From: Bdellovibrionota bacterium
GTDB taxonomy: Bacteria > Bdellovibrionota_C > UBA2361 > JBIKWN01
DNA length: 64,000 bases
Direction: 5' to 3'
Assembly: GCA_044356295.1 (NCBI GenBank)
Contig: JBIKWN010000001.1
Coordinates: 1-64,000, forward strand
Position 1 is the stretch's first letter. Each line of letters opens with the position of its first letter. Below, piece by piece: positions 32,056 through 42,856 of this stretch. The translations under genes and the position numbers were made by a program. Below the pieces are notes generated by a model. It was not told the DNA's origin. It made no database searches and was given only the letters and a program-made list of their open reading frames with translations.

Positions 32056-32232
32056 ATTTAGGGCTGTAAATTAGCAAAAATGAAAATTGGTGATGTTTAT
32101 GTGCGCAATCAAAATAATCATGATACTCACTGCTAACTTGCTGAATAATTGACATAAAACCAAAATCAAAATTTGATTTTTTTAGCAGGACAAACTAGTC
32201 TCAGTTAAACGAAATCTACTAAATTTCCCATT

Positions 32233-32682
32233 ATGAGCTTTGGAAAACCTAAAGACGATTCAGACGATAAAAGAAATGCTTCTGCAGCTCTTCGACCGTC
32301 ATTTGGCGCAAATGTTTCAACAGCAGCATCGGATGCAGTGCTTGGAAGAGGATCAAAAGTTGTTGGAGCTCTTACATTCACAGGATCTGTAGAGATAGAT
32401 TGTGAAGTAGAAGGTGAGATTCATTCAAAAGAAAGACTAACTATTGGTGAAGCAGCTCAAGTGAAAGCTAAAGTTCACGGAACTGATGTCATCATTCGAG
32501 GAACTGTCATTGGTGATATCTTCGCTACGAAATCTCTTCAGTTGAAAAAACCAGCAAGAGTAAGTGGCAATATATCAAGTCCGACTTTATCTATCGAAGA
32601 AGGAGTTATCTTTGAAGGTAAATGTGCGATGACTTCGAATACTCAGGCAAGACCGGCCGAAATCAAAGTTGCACAAAACTAA
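32233..32682 (+). CDS. Bactofilin
   Basis: Beta-helix repeats V.G.I; LSIEEGVIFEGKCAM. Confidence 0.9.
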   Translation: MSFGKPKDDSDDKRNASAALRPSFGANVSTAASDAVLGRGSKVVGALTFTGSVEIDCEVEGEIHSKERLTIGEAAQVKAKVHGTDVIIRGTVIGDIFATKSLQLKKPARVSGNISSPTLSIEEGVIFEGKCAMTSNTQARPAEIKVAQN

Positions 32683-32710
32683 AATTCTAAGATTTACGAT
32701 TTAAGGATCA

Positions 32711-33769
32711 ATGGAAACAATACTAAAGTTCCTCAATATCACTGAGCGCGAAGCCCAAGGAATTGCATTTGCAGTACCAATCTTTTTTCTTTATTGGAAA
32801 CTATTAAACGCATACGTAGTAAAACATTTCGTCGCTCTCTTTGAAGAGAGAGAAGCATTAACTACAGGTGCTCAATCTGCTTCGCATGATACCTACGAAG
32901 AAGCTAAAAAAATCACTGCACAAACAGAAGCAAAAATTCATCAAGCACGAGTACAAGCAAATCAACGCCGTAACGATGAAATTCTAGAAGCAAAAAATGC
33001 TGCTTTTACTATTGTGCAAGAAGCAGAGAAGGAAGCGGCTAATCATGTTCATAAAACAAGAGCAAGCCTTGATGCAGAACTAAAACTTCTTAATGGAAAT
33101 ATTGAACAAACTGTTAATCAACTTGCTAACGAATTGGCAGCAAAAATTCAGAAGCCAACTTCATCTGCTGTCCAAATATTTGCTCTGATTCTTTCTGCTT
33201 CTGTGTTTTCTATTCTTATAAGTACGCCAAGTTTTGCTTTCGCATCGGAAGGTCACAGTGCGGGTCATCATAGCGGTACCCCTGCAGACCTTATTCCTTT
33301 TGCCGTAAACTTTTTTATCTTCATCAGTCTTCTCATTCATTTCACAAAGAAGCCAATCGCAGATGCTTGGTCTAATCGTCTTAATGCTATCAGTACAGCA
33401 GTTTCAAAAGGTCGTACTGAAATGGAGCAAGCTCAAAAAATTCTTAGTACTGCAAAAGCTAGAGCTGGGTCTGTTGAAACAGAGATTGAGAGAATTAAAT
33501 TTGAAATTTCAAAAGGTGCAAAGACTGAATCACAGGAACTTTTAAAAGATGCACACGAAAGGGCACTTCGAGTTCGACAACAAGGTAAAAGTCTTGCTGA
33601 AGGTGATATTAATCACACGAAAGAAGAATACAGAACAAAACTTTCTAAACTTGTTGTTGAAAAAGCAACTGAGCTCCTTACATCTCAGGTTACAGAAAGT
33701 TCTGATCAAGTTCTGCGAAAAAATGCATTAAATCAGTTTGAAGGTCGAGTAAATACTATTATTCAATAA
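32711..33769 (+). CDS. atpF: ATP synthase F0 b'-b fusion
   Basis: Two TM+coiled-coil b-type units in one frame, directly before atpH. Confidence 0.85.
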   Translation: METILKFLNITEREAQGIAFAVPIFFLYWKLLNAYVVKHFVALFEEREALTTGAQSASHDTYEEAKKITAQTEAKIHQARVQANQRRNDEILEAKNAAFTIVQEAEKEAANHVHKTRASLDAELKLLNGNIEQTVNQLANELAAKIQKPTSSAVQIFALILSASVFSILISTPSFAFASEGHSAGHHSGTPADLIPFAVNFFIFISLLIHFTKKPIADAWSNRLNAISTAVSKGRTEMEQAQKILSTAKARAGSVETEIERIKFEISKGAKTESQELLKDAHERALRVRQQGKSLAEGDINHTKEEYRTKLSKLVVEKATELLTSQVTESSDQVLRKNALNQFEGRVNTIIQ

Positions 33770-33786
33770 GGATAGAAGAAAATACC

Positions 33787-34338
33787 ATGACCATACGAAC
33801 AACAAAGACATCAAAAAAATTTGCTAAAGCGCTTTTCGAGCTGTTGAAGCCTGAAGAAATTGAAGCAGTAAATGAACAGTTAAAAAAAGCTTCAGATATT
33901 TTTCTTTCTAAATCAGAACTCCTTTTAGCCCTTGTTGATCCAAGATATTCACTTTCAGACAGACTGCATGTAGTTGAAACTGTCCTTGAAAAAAGTGGGG
34001 CAAATAATATTAAAACATTAAACCTCATTAAGACTCTTACTGAATCCAGAAACCTTTCCGAGTTACAAGCAATAGCTGAATATTTCGATCGATTAGTTCA
34101 AGCACTGAAAAAAAGTCTTCACGTTGAAGTTGTAAGTGCGTTTCCAGTTAAAGCTGAAGAGATTGAGAACCTAAAGTCTTCGATAACAAAGAAATATGCT
34201 GGACTTGCAACTATTACAACTGAAATTGATAAAACATTAATCGGTGGAATGCAGGTAAAGGTCGGAGATAACGTTTTTGATAGTTCAGTTAAAGGAGCGC
34301 TCGAGAAAGTAGGGGCTTCACTGAGCGCAGGAAATTAA
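33787..34338 (+). CDS. atpH: ATP synthase delta
   Basis: FAKALF, LIGG..VKVGDNVFDSSV; operon position. Confidence 0.93.
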   Translation: MTIRTTKTSKKFAKALFELLKPEEIEAVNEQLKKASDIFLSKSELLLALVDPRYSLSDRLHVVETVLEKSGANNIKTLNLIKTLTESRNLSELQAIAEYFDRLVQALKKSLHVEVVSAFPVKAEEIENLKSSITKKYAGLATITTEIDKTLIGGMQVKVGDNVFDSSVKGALEKVGASLSAGN

Positions 34339-34368
34339 AAAAGAAAAGATTTTACGGAGTGAAATAGT

Positions 34369-35940
34369 ATGAGCATAGGTGCAAACGAAATTAGTCAAAT
34401 TCTTAAAGATAAAATCTCGAACTTCGATGCGAAAGCTGAAGTAAATGAGACGGGAAGCGTTATCTCTGTCGGAGATGGTATTTGCCGTGTCTATGGACTT
34501 TCAAAAGTTGCTTCAGGTGAGCTTGTTGAGTTTTCATCTGGTGCAAAAGGAATTGCTTTTAACCTTGAAGAAGACAACGTCGGTATCGTTATTATGGGTG
34601 AGACCTCTGAAATCCGTGAAGGCGATGTGGTTAAACGAACTGGTAAAATTGCTGAAGTACCAGTTGGTGAAGCACTTATTGGACGAGTTCTTGATGGACT
34701 TGGAAATCCAATTGATGGACTCGGAGATCTTAAAACAGACAAATTCAGACGTATCGAAATTAAAGCTCCTGGTATCGTAAACAGAAAATCTGTTCATGAG
34801 CCTATGCAAACAGGCTTAAAATCAATTGATGCGATGACTCCTGTAGGAAGAGGTCAGCGAGAACTTATCATTGGTGATAAAAAAACAGGTAAAACTGCTG
34901 TAGCACTCGATACGATAATTAACCAAAAAGGAAATGGAGTTATCTGTATCTATGTAGCAATCGGTCAGAAAAGATCTTCAGTAGTTCAAGTTGTAGAAAA
35001 ATTAAAAGAACACGGCGCAATGGATCACACGATTGTTGTTGCTGCGACTGCTTCTGAACCAGCTCCACTTGCATTCCTTGCACCATTTGCAGGATGCGCG
35101 ATGGGTGAGTACTTCATGGAAAATGGCAAACATGCTCTTATTGTTTATGATGATCTTTCTAAACACGCTGTAGCATACCGAAGTGTTTCACTTCTCTTAA
35201 GAAGACCACCAGGACGTGAAGCGTATCCTGGAGATGTATTCTATCTTCACTCTCGTCTTCTTGAGCGTGCTGCAAAACTAAGTGATGCAAAAGGTGCTGG
35301 TTCTCTTACAGCTCTTCCAGTAATTGAAACTCAGGGTGGTGACGTATCTGCCTATATCCCAACCAACGTAATTTCAATTACAGATGGACAAATATTTCTT
35401 GAATCAGATCTTTTCAACTCAGGAATTCGTCCAGCAGTAAACGTTGGACTTTCAGTATCTCGAGTAGGTGGTGCTGCACAAGTTAAAGCAATGAAAAAAG
35501 TTGCAGGAACTCTTCGACTTGACCTTGCACAGTTCAGAGAGAAACAGGCGTTTGCTCAGTTTGGATCAGATCTTGATGCAGCTACACAAGCACAGATTGC
35601 ACGTGGTGAAAGACTTGTTGAGATCTTAAAACAAGAACAATACAAACCAATGCCTGTTGAGTTTCAAGTTATCTCAATTCTTGCTGTAAACCTTGGATAC
35701 ACTGATAAATTAGCAGTATCACAAGTGCGTGATTTTGAAAGAGGGCTTCATGCTCATCTTAAAACTCACCATGCAATATTTGTTGAAGCACTTAGAACTA
35801 AAAAAGAGCTTACTAAAGATATCGAGGAAGAATTCAAAAAAATTACTTCTAAGTTTCTTGAAGACTTCTCTGCTGGAAAGACAGAAACAGTAAGTACTGC
35901 TACTTCAAATACTACTGATCAAGCTAAGAAGGCGGCATAA
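34369..35940 (+). CDS. atpA: ATP synthase alpha
   Basis: [32 protein letters not shown]. Confidence 0.98.
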   Translation: MSIGANEISQILKDKISNFDAKAEVNETGSVISVGDGICRVYGLSKVASGELVEFSSGAKGIAFNLEEDNVGIVIMGETSEIREGDVVKRTGKIAEVPVGEALIGRVLDGLGNPIDGLGDLKTDKFRRIEIKAPGIVNRKSVHEPMQTGLKSIDAMTPVGRGQRELIIGDKKTGKTAVALDTIINQKGNGVICIYVAIGQKRSSVVQVVEKLKEHGAMDHTIVVAATASEPAPLAFLAPFAGCAMGEYFMENGKHALIVYDDLSKHAVAYRSVSLLLRRPPGREAYPGDVFYLHSRLLERAAKLSDAKGAGSLTALPVIETQGGDVSAYIPTNVISITDGQIFLESDLFNSGIRPAVNVGLSVSRVGGAAQVKAMKKVAGTLRLDLAQFREKQAFAQFGSDLDAATQAQIARGERLVEILKQEQYKPMPVEFQVISILAVNLGYTDKLAVSQVRDFERGLHAHLKTHHAIFVEALRTKKELTKDIEEEFKKITSKFLEDFSAGKTETVSTATSNTTDQAKKAA

Positions 35941-35943
35941 ACC

Positions 35944-36843
35944 ATGGCAGGACTTCGCGATATTAAAAGACGATTAACGTCGGTAAAGAATACAAGAAAA
36001 ATTACCTACGCTATGAAGCTCGTTTCTGCAGCAAAGTTGAAACGCGCTCAAGATGCAGTTGTGCGGTCTCGTGATTATACGAAGTCATTAAAACGGCTTG
36101 TAACTGAACTTACAGTAGAACTTGGTGCAAAAGAATTTTCTCATCCATTGTGTGAAAATCGATCAGTTGTAAAAAACATTGCATTAGTAGTCGTAGGAGC
36201 TGGAAGGGGACTTTGCGGTGGTTACAATACAAACGTAAATCGTAAAATTGAAAGCTTTTCTAAAGAGATTAGAAAAGAATTTCCAGATGCTACTATTAAA
36301 AATTTTGCGATCGGTAAAAAACCTGCGGAATATTTAAGAAGAACTAATAAACAGATTGAGCTTTCACTTGAATCAATTCCTGAAGATCCTACTAAGTGGC
36401 CTCTTGAAGAAGTGCTAGAGAAAATTGAAAAACAATTCTTATCTGGTGAGTTAGACAAAGTATATATTATGTATACTCAGTTTCGCTCAGCTCTTTCAAT
36501 GACTGTAGAAGTTGAAACACTACTTCCAATGGCAACAACAATTTCATCTGAAGATGCATTGTTTGCACCTAAGAATAGTTTCCCAGGACAAACAATTATT
36601 GAACCAACTTTAGAAAATGCATTTTTAGCTGCACTTTCAAGAGTGTTTCGAGTCAGACTACTTCAAGCTTCGCTCGATGCGAAAGCATCAGAGCTAGCAA
36701 GTCGTATGACAGCTATGGATTCTGCAACGAAAAATGCAGGTGATCTTATTAAGCGACTTCAGTTGCAATACAACAAACTTCGACAAGCAGGTATTACTGG
36801 TGAACTTCTTGATATCATCGGTGGTGCAGAGGCAATTAACTAA
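35944..36843 (+). CDS. atpG: ATP synthase gamma
   Basis: KITYAMKLV, GLCGGYN, RMTAMDSAT, RQAGIT. Confidence 0.98.
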   Translation: MAGLRDIKRRLTSVKNTRKITYAMKLVSAAKLKRAQDAVVRSRDYTKSLKRLVTELTVELGAKEFSHPLCENRSVVKNIALVVVGAGRGLCGGYNTNVNRKIESFSKEIRKEFPDATIKNFAIGKKPAEYLRRTNKQIELSLESIPEDPTKWPLEEVLEKIEKQFLSGELDKVYIMYTQFRSALSMTVEVETLLPMATTISSEDALFAPKNSFPGQTIIEPTLENAFLAALSRVFRVRLLQASLDAKASELASRMTAMDSATKNAGDLIKRLQLQYNKLRQAGITGELLDIIGGAEAIN

Positions 36844-36852
36844 TTTTTTTGA

Positions 36853-38310
<1,458 letters not shown>

Positions 38311-38345
38311 TGTTTCTGGAATATTAAAAGATAAGGCGAATATAT

Positions 38346-38603
38346 ATGTCGTTTAAATTTAGACTACTTACTCAGGCAGGGCTTGTTACTGAAGTAAAAG
38401 CTACATCTGTCACATTACAAGGTGCTGATGGAGAGCTTGGTATATTCGATAATCATGCTGATTATATTGGTGTGCTTGGGAATGGAACATTAACGGTTAA
38501 TCTTTCCGAGGCTGGATCTTCGCCACTTAAGTTTTCTGCTACTGGTGGATTATGTCAGGTAAAGGCTGGGGATCTTGAGGTTCTTGCTGATTTAGTTGCT
38601 TAA
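38346..38603 (+). CDS. atpC: ATP synthase epsilon (short, N-terminal domain only)
   Basis: GELGIFDNH, GG..V; follows atpD. Confidence 0.88.
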   Translation: MSFKFRLLTQAGLVTEVKATSVTLQGADGELGIFDNHADYIGVLGNGTLTVNLSEAGSSPLKFSATGGLCQVKAGDLEVLADLVA

Positions 38604-38790
38604 CTTAAGCTACTTGTTTCCCTTATTATAACACCTTCAATTGATTAGGTAGTTGCGACTGCTTGGCTGGGCAGCGTCACCATTTTAATCTTAGGAAATT
38701 CTGCCAAATTTAATATCTTTTTAAGATTACGATTCTGGTCTAAATTGACCAAGCATTAATTTAAATATGTAATTTTTCAAAGGGCCATGT

Positions 38791-39426
38791 ATAAAACATC
38801 CGTATAAAGCAATCTTAAAAACATTCTTAGTCTTTGCTTCGACCATATGCATTACGCAGACAAATAATTCCTTTGCAGATCCTATTTTAAATTATTCGTT
38901 CGTTGAAGCAGTTCATTCATCAACAAGTGATAACCTTGGGTTCGGATCAGGAAGTATTCCAGCGTTTGGTGTTAATGGATCATGGTCTCCATCAGAAAAT
39001 CTTTTTGTTCGCGGGTCATTTTTTCATCAAGATGATACTGGATACAATGCACATGGATTTTCATATTCATTTGGTGGATATGTTCCTTTAAGCAAATCTG
39101 TTCATCTTCTTGGTTCTTTTGGTTGGATAGATGAAAGAGCAAGCACAGATGCTGGTGACTCTGACAACGTACTCCCGAGAGATGTATTTAATAAGACTGA
39201 CTCGTTCATCAGCCCAGAATTGAGAATTAGCCTTTTTGATTCAACCGAACTAAATCTGGGATATACTCGTTTTCTAGACGAAGGAACAATTAATTCTACA
39301 AGCCAAAATAGCTATAAAATTGGAACAGTAATAAGAACAAGCCAAGACACTGCACTAGTTTTAGGTTGGGATATTTACGATTCTAATGCTCAAAAGTTTT
39401 CTGCAGGGATAAGAGCTTCATTCTGA
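38791..39426 (+). CDS. Outer-membrane beta-barrel protein, start non-canonical or frameshifted
   Basis: Frame open 38773-39426: signal peptide ending SFA, LNYSFVEA, alternating strands, C-terminal AGIRASF. The track shows only the last 68 aa. Confidence 0.75.
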   Translation: MKHPYKAILKTFLVFASTICITQTNNSFADPILNYSFVEAVHSSTSDNLGFGSGSIPAFGVNGSWSPSENLFVRGSFFHQDDTGYNAHGFSYSFGGYVPLSKSVHLLGSFGWIDERASTDAGDSDNVLPRDVFNKTDSFISPELRISLFDSTELNLGYTRFLDEGTINSTSQNSYKIGTVIRTSQDTALVLGWDIYDSNAQKFSAGIRASF

Positions 39427-39455
39427 TTTTTCTAAAATCATCCTACGGTGCAACT

Positions 39456-39491
39456 AATCTCCTTAATTTCGTAAATGAAATTAAGGAGATT
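39456..39491 (+). terminator. Perfect 15-bp hairpin, probable terminator
   Basis: AATCTCCTTAATTTC-gtaaat-GAAATTAAGGAGATT then TT, 30 nt after the barrel gene stop. Confidence 0.65.
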
Positions 39492-39519
39492 TTAAAGTTT
39501 GTAGAGAATACTGTTTTTA

Positions 39520-39557
39520 GGTCACGCTCACGCCTAAGGTCACGTTCAAGGGTTACG
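39520..39557. repeat. Single arm of the hexamer repeat element
   Basis: GTCACG CTCACG CCTAAG GTCACG TTCAAG; 39520-39536 is the exact reverse complement of 25081-25097. Confidence 0.75.
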
Positions 39558-39695
39558 TTATCTCCACTCTAAGGGCGAAGAGCCATACTTCTCTATCTGA
39601 TTGAAAATACAAACAAAATCAATGACTAACCTCGGTTAGTTATCAATGAATTTACTACCGACAAGACTCGTCTGTTAGTAGTATATTGAGAATGT

Positions 39696-40058
39696 ATGCA
39701 CAAGCTTAGCTACTTCAAGAAATTGTCATGCCTGGTTATTTGCCTGTATGCGGTAGTCGTATTCGTACCGAACTGCAATTGTGCTTCAAGAGAGAACCAT
39801 TGTCATAAACATACAACATCTGAAAAAAAACAATCCGAGAAAAAGTGTTGCATCAATCTTGCAACAGCGATTAATACACCTCCTTTACTATCTGAGACAA
39901 ACCTAGATCAGAGCGACTATCTTTCAACCAACAGTTTTCATGTACCTGTAATTTATAATAAAGCTTCAGATTCTCTGGTTGAGAAAAATCTAGAATTTGC
40001 AAACCGATTCAATCCACAATTTTTCTATAAAACTCGCGGTCCCCCATCCCTCGTTTAA
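39696..40058 (+). CDS. Cys/His-rich exported leader protein with C-terminal RGPP (DUF2946/CutF/CruR-like)
   Basis: Hydrophobic N-terminus, CNC..HCH..CC, ends KTRGPPSLV. Confidence 0.7.
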   Translation: MHKLSYFKKLSCLVICLYAVVVFVPNCNCASRENHCHKHTTSEKKQSEKKCCINLATAINTPPLLSETNLDQSDYLSTNSFHVPVIYNKASDSLVEKNLEFANRFNPQFFYKTRGPPSLV

Positions 40059-40102
40059 ATAATCTTCTTTATTTTAAAAAATTTATTTATTGGAAACTTA
40101 TT

Positions 40103-40333
40103 ATGAAAACTTTAAAACGTTTATTTACTCTTTCAGCTTTAACATTAGCTATGACTGCAGGTGCTCAATCTGTTTTTGCAGATTCGCATTCATGTAATGG
40201 TGACTGTAAAGACAAAAAAGAGTGCCATTGCAAAGACTGCAAATGTGGCAACGAAAAAGAGTGTACCTGCGACAAAGAGTGTAAAGCTGCAAGTTGCAAG
40301 GATCACCATAAAGGTCATGACGATAAGAAGTAA
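40103..40333 (+). CDS. Exported metallothionein-like protein
   Basis: Signal peptide ending VFA; 50-aa mature part with 10 Cys and 5 His. Confidence 0.75.
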   Translation: MKTLKRLFTLSALTLAMTAGAQSVFADSHSCNGDCKDKKECHCKDCKCGNEKECTCDKECKAASCKDHHKGHDDKK

Positions 40334-40410
40334 CGTCTGATAGCTTGGCGAGGTTATGGATCTTGAAGAAGTAACCTCGCTTTTTCCCTTTGATTATCTC
40401 AATGAACGTC

Positions 40411-41724
40411 TTAGGAATCTGACAGAGATAACATCTTTCCAACACGAAGCCCTTCTCGAACTGCGTAATTAGTACCTCTATCCTCAGGATAAACTTGTGC
40501 CATTGTTGTTAGGTAAAGATTCTCAATTGGCGTTTTTTCGGCTGGAATAAAAGAAGAGTAGTGTTTCGTAATAACAGGCTGACTATACGTTGCGCGCCAG
40601 CAAGAATATCCATGAAGCCAACTTTCTTGAAACTCTGGAAATATTTTCTTAATAAACGGAAGGCAGTATTTAAAGTATTCTTCATCTGAAAGCTTAAAGA
40701 GCTCTTCATCTGTTCCAAGATATTTTGAAATATAAGCGATATGCTCCCCTGCATAGTGAGATTTATCATCCATATTTGTGTGCTCAATGACTCCAACGAA
40801 AGGAAATGAAGGGTCTGAAACATTCAACCAGTACGTTGAAGAAAGTGATCTCTTTAATCGAAGAACTAAACAAACATTCCCAAGATACCTAATTGATTCG
40901 CACTGTTTTCGATACGCATCGGGTAGGGATTGAGTCATTTTGGTAAAAACAGGAAGAGGAACAGTCGCAAGCACGGTTTCTGCAAAGTGCTCAGTACCAT
41001 TTGCGCGCACACCGATAGCTTTTCCATCTTTTACAATAATCTCGGAAACTGAAGTATTTTTATGAATAACAGCACCATGAGAAACTAAAAACTTTTCAAG
41101 CGTATCTGTTACCCCTTTAAATCCTCCACGAATATACAAAAGCTCTTCTTTCGCTTTTTCATTTCGCGAAGCACCTCGTAGCTTTAACTTATTCCAAAAC
41201 CATACAGCAGAAATATTTTCAGCTTCTCTTCCAAACTTTCCTTTTAAAAGAGGTTTCCAAATAACTTCAAAGCTATCTTTTCCTGCAACTTTTCTTATCC
41301 AATCATACGCAGAGATATCCTCAAGATACTTCCAATCGGTAATATATCTAGCATAAAGAGCCATAATTCCAGTTCGAACTCGTGCAAAAAATGGAATTGG
41401 ATTGAATGAAAGAAGGTCAAACGGTTTTGCTAAACGAAATATAGAGTTTGCATAGAAAAGCCCTGTATTGGTTTCAACACGTTGTATAGCTGGTTCAAGT
41501 CCAAGCTCTTTAATAAGTCCAAGTATGTGTACATCGTTTGAAAACCAATGGTGATAAAACTTTTCAATAATAATGCCAGGCGAGATTTCAAATACACCTG
41601 CTAGTCCACCAATTTGAGATTCACTTTCAAAAATAGTTACAGGGATATTTTTTTTTACTAATTCAAACGCTGCAGAGAGTGCAGTATACCCACCACCAAC
41701 AATAATGACTGATTTTTCTGACAT
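40411..41724 (-). CDS. FAD-dependent oxidoreductase (amine oxidase/HemY-like)
   Basis: GGGYTAL, IGGLA, EKFYHHWF, YPEDRGTNYAV. Confidence 0.85.
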   Translation of the reverse strand: MSEKSVIIVGGGYTALSAAFELVKKNIPVTIFESESQIGGLAGVFEISPGIIIEKFYHHWFSNDVHILGLIKELGLEPAIQRVETNTGLFYANSIFRLAKPFDLLSFNPIPFFARVRTGIMALYARYITDWKYLEDISAYDWIRKVAGKDSFEVIWKPLLKGKFGREAENISAVWFWNKLKLRGASRNEKAKEELLYIRGGFKGVTDTLEKFLVSHGAVIHKNTSVSEIIVKDGKAIGVRANGTEHFAETVLATVPLPVFTKMTQSLPDAYRKQCESIRYLGNVCLVLRLKRSLSSTYWLNVSDPSFPFVGVIEHTNMDDKSHYAGEHIAYISKYLGTDEELFKLSDEEYFKYCLPFIKKIFPEFQESWLHGYSCWRATYSQPVITKHYSSFIPAEKTPIENLYLTTMAQVYPEDRGTNYAVREGLRVGKMLSLSDS

Positions 41725-41745
41725 GATTAATACGAAATAAAAAAA

Positions 41746-42717
41746 TTAAAGCTTTGGATTTCCAGCTATTGAATCCACTAAGTATAACGGACGATTTTGA
41801 CCTTGCTCAAAGATCCGGCCGATATACTCACCCATAATACCAAGAACCAATAATTGCGATCCACCAAGAAGTAAAATAGTTGCCATCATTGAAGTATATC
41901 CAGGAACATTTATTCCCATAATTTTTAAACCTATGATGATCACAATATACATTGCTGCAAAAATAGACACACCAAATCCAAGATAGGAAGCAATACGAAG
42001 CGGAATATAAGAAAAAGAAACAATAGCATTAAACGCCAATATTAAACTTTTTCTGAATGGATATTTAGTCTCACCGGCAAAACGTTCCGACCGTTGATAA
42101 TGAATAGGGGTCTGTGCAAAACCGACCCAAGAAACCATGCCACGAATAAATCGGTGACGCTCTCGAAGAGAGAGCAGTGCATTTAATGCAGGGCGGCTTA
42201 CTAATCTAAAGTCTCCAGTATCTTCAGGGATTGAAACTCCAGCGATTCTTGTAAGAATTCTGTAAAATGCGTAAGCGAAAAACTTTTTCGCTGCAGTTTC
42301 ACCAGCTCTTCCACTTCTTTTTCCGTAAACAACATCATAACCTTCGTTCCATTTTTCAATCATCTTTGGAAGAAGCTCAGGTGGATCCTGAAGATCTGCA
42401 TCAATGACTAAAATTACTTCACCTGCTGCTTGATCGAGTCCGCAGGTAAGTGCCATTTGATGTCCGAAGTTTCTTGAAAGCTTTATACATTTAAGATGGC
42501 TATCACTTGCGGCAAGACCTTGCATCAACTCCCAAGTCCTATCTCGACTACCATCATCCACAAGTACTATTTCATAAGGAATATTTACTGATTTTAAAAC
42601 CTCAGTAAGTCTTGAAAGAAGCGTGTGTATTACCTCTTCTTCATTATAGCAAGGAGCAACCACTGAAAGAGACTTTGGTGCGGCACTTCTGGGTGTAAGA
42701 GATGAAGTCATTAACAA
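41746..42717 (-). CDS. GT2 polyprenyl-phosphate glycosyltransferase (GtrB/YkoT-like)
   Basis: PCYNEE, DDGS, SRNFGHQ, DADLQDPP, two C-terminal TMs. Confidence 0.92.
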   Translation of the reverse strand: MLMTSSLTPRSAAPKSLSVVAPCYNEEEVIHTLLSRLTEVLKSVNIPYEIVLVDDGSRDRTWELMQGLAASDSHLKCIKLSRNFGHQMALTCGLDQAAGEVILVIDADLQDPPELLPKMIEKWNEGYDVVYGKRSGRAGETAAKKFFAYAFYRILTRIAGVSIPEDTGDFRLVSRPALNALLSLRERHRFIRGMVSWVGFAQTPIHYQRSERFAGETKYPFRKSLILAFNAIVSFSYIPLRIASYLGFGVSIFAAMYIVIIIGLKIMGINVPGYTSMMATILLLGGSQLLVLGIMGEYIGRIFEQGQNRPLYLVDSIAGNPKL

Positions 42718-42856
42718 ACCGTAATTATTAAGATTATTGCTTCAAAAAGTTACCACGATAAAGCGTACTTTGGATAGTCAAAAATCTTAAGAAAAACAAG
42801 AAGATATCTAACTAATAAGAGGAAACATTGAATCCTTTTACTTCGAATACATCACC

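Noticed and set aside
38604..38770. Possible ncRNA after atpC
   Set aside because: Only a weak short hairpin; no tRNA or known RNA signature.
38903..39091. 62-aa plus-strand ORF
   Set aside because: Alternative frame inside the beta-barrel gene.
40149..40445. 98-aa minus-strand Cys/His-containing ORF
   Set aside because: Antisense shadow of the metallothionein-like gene; it also overlaps the oxidoreductase end.
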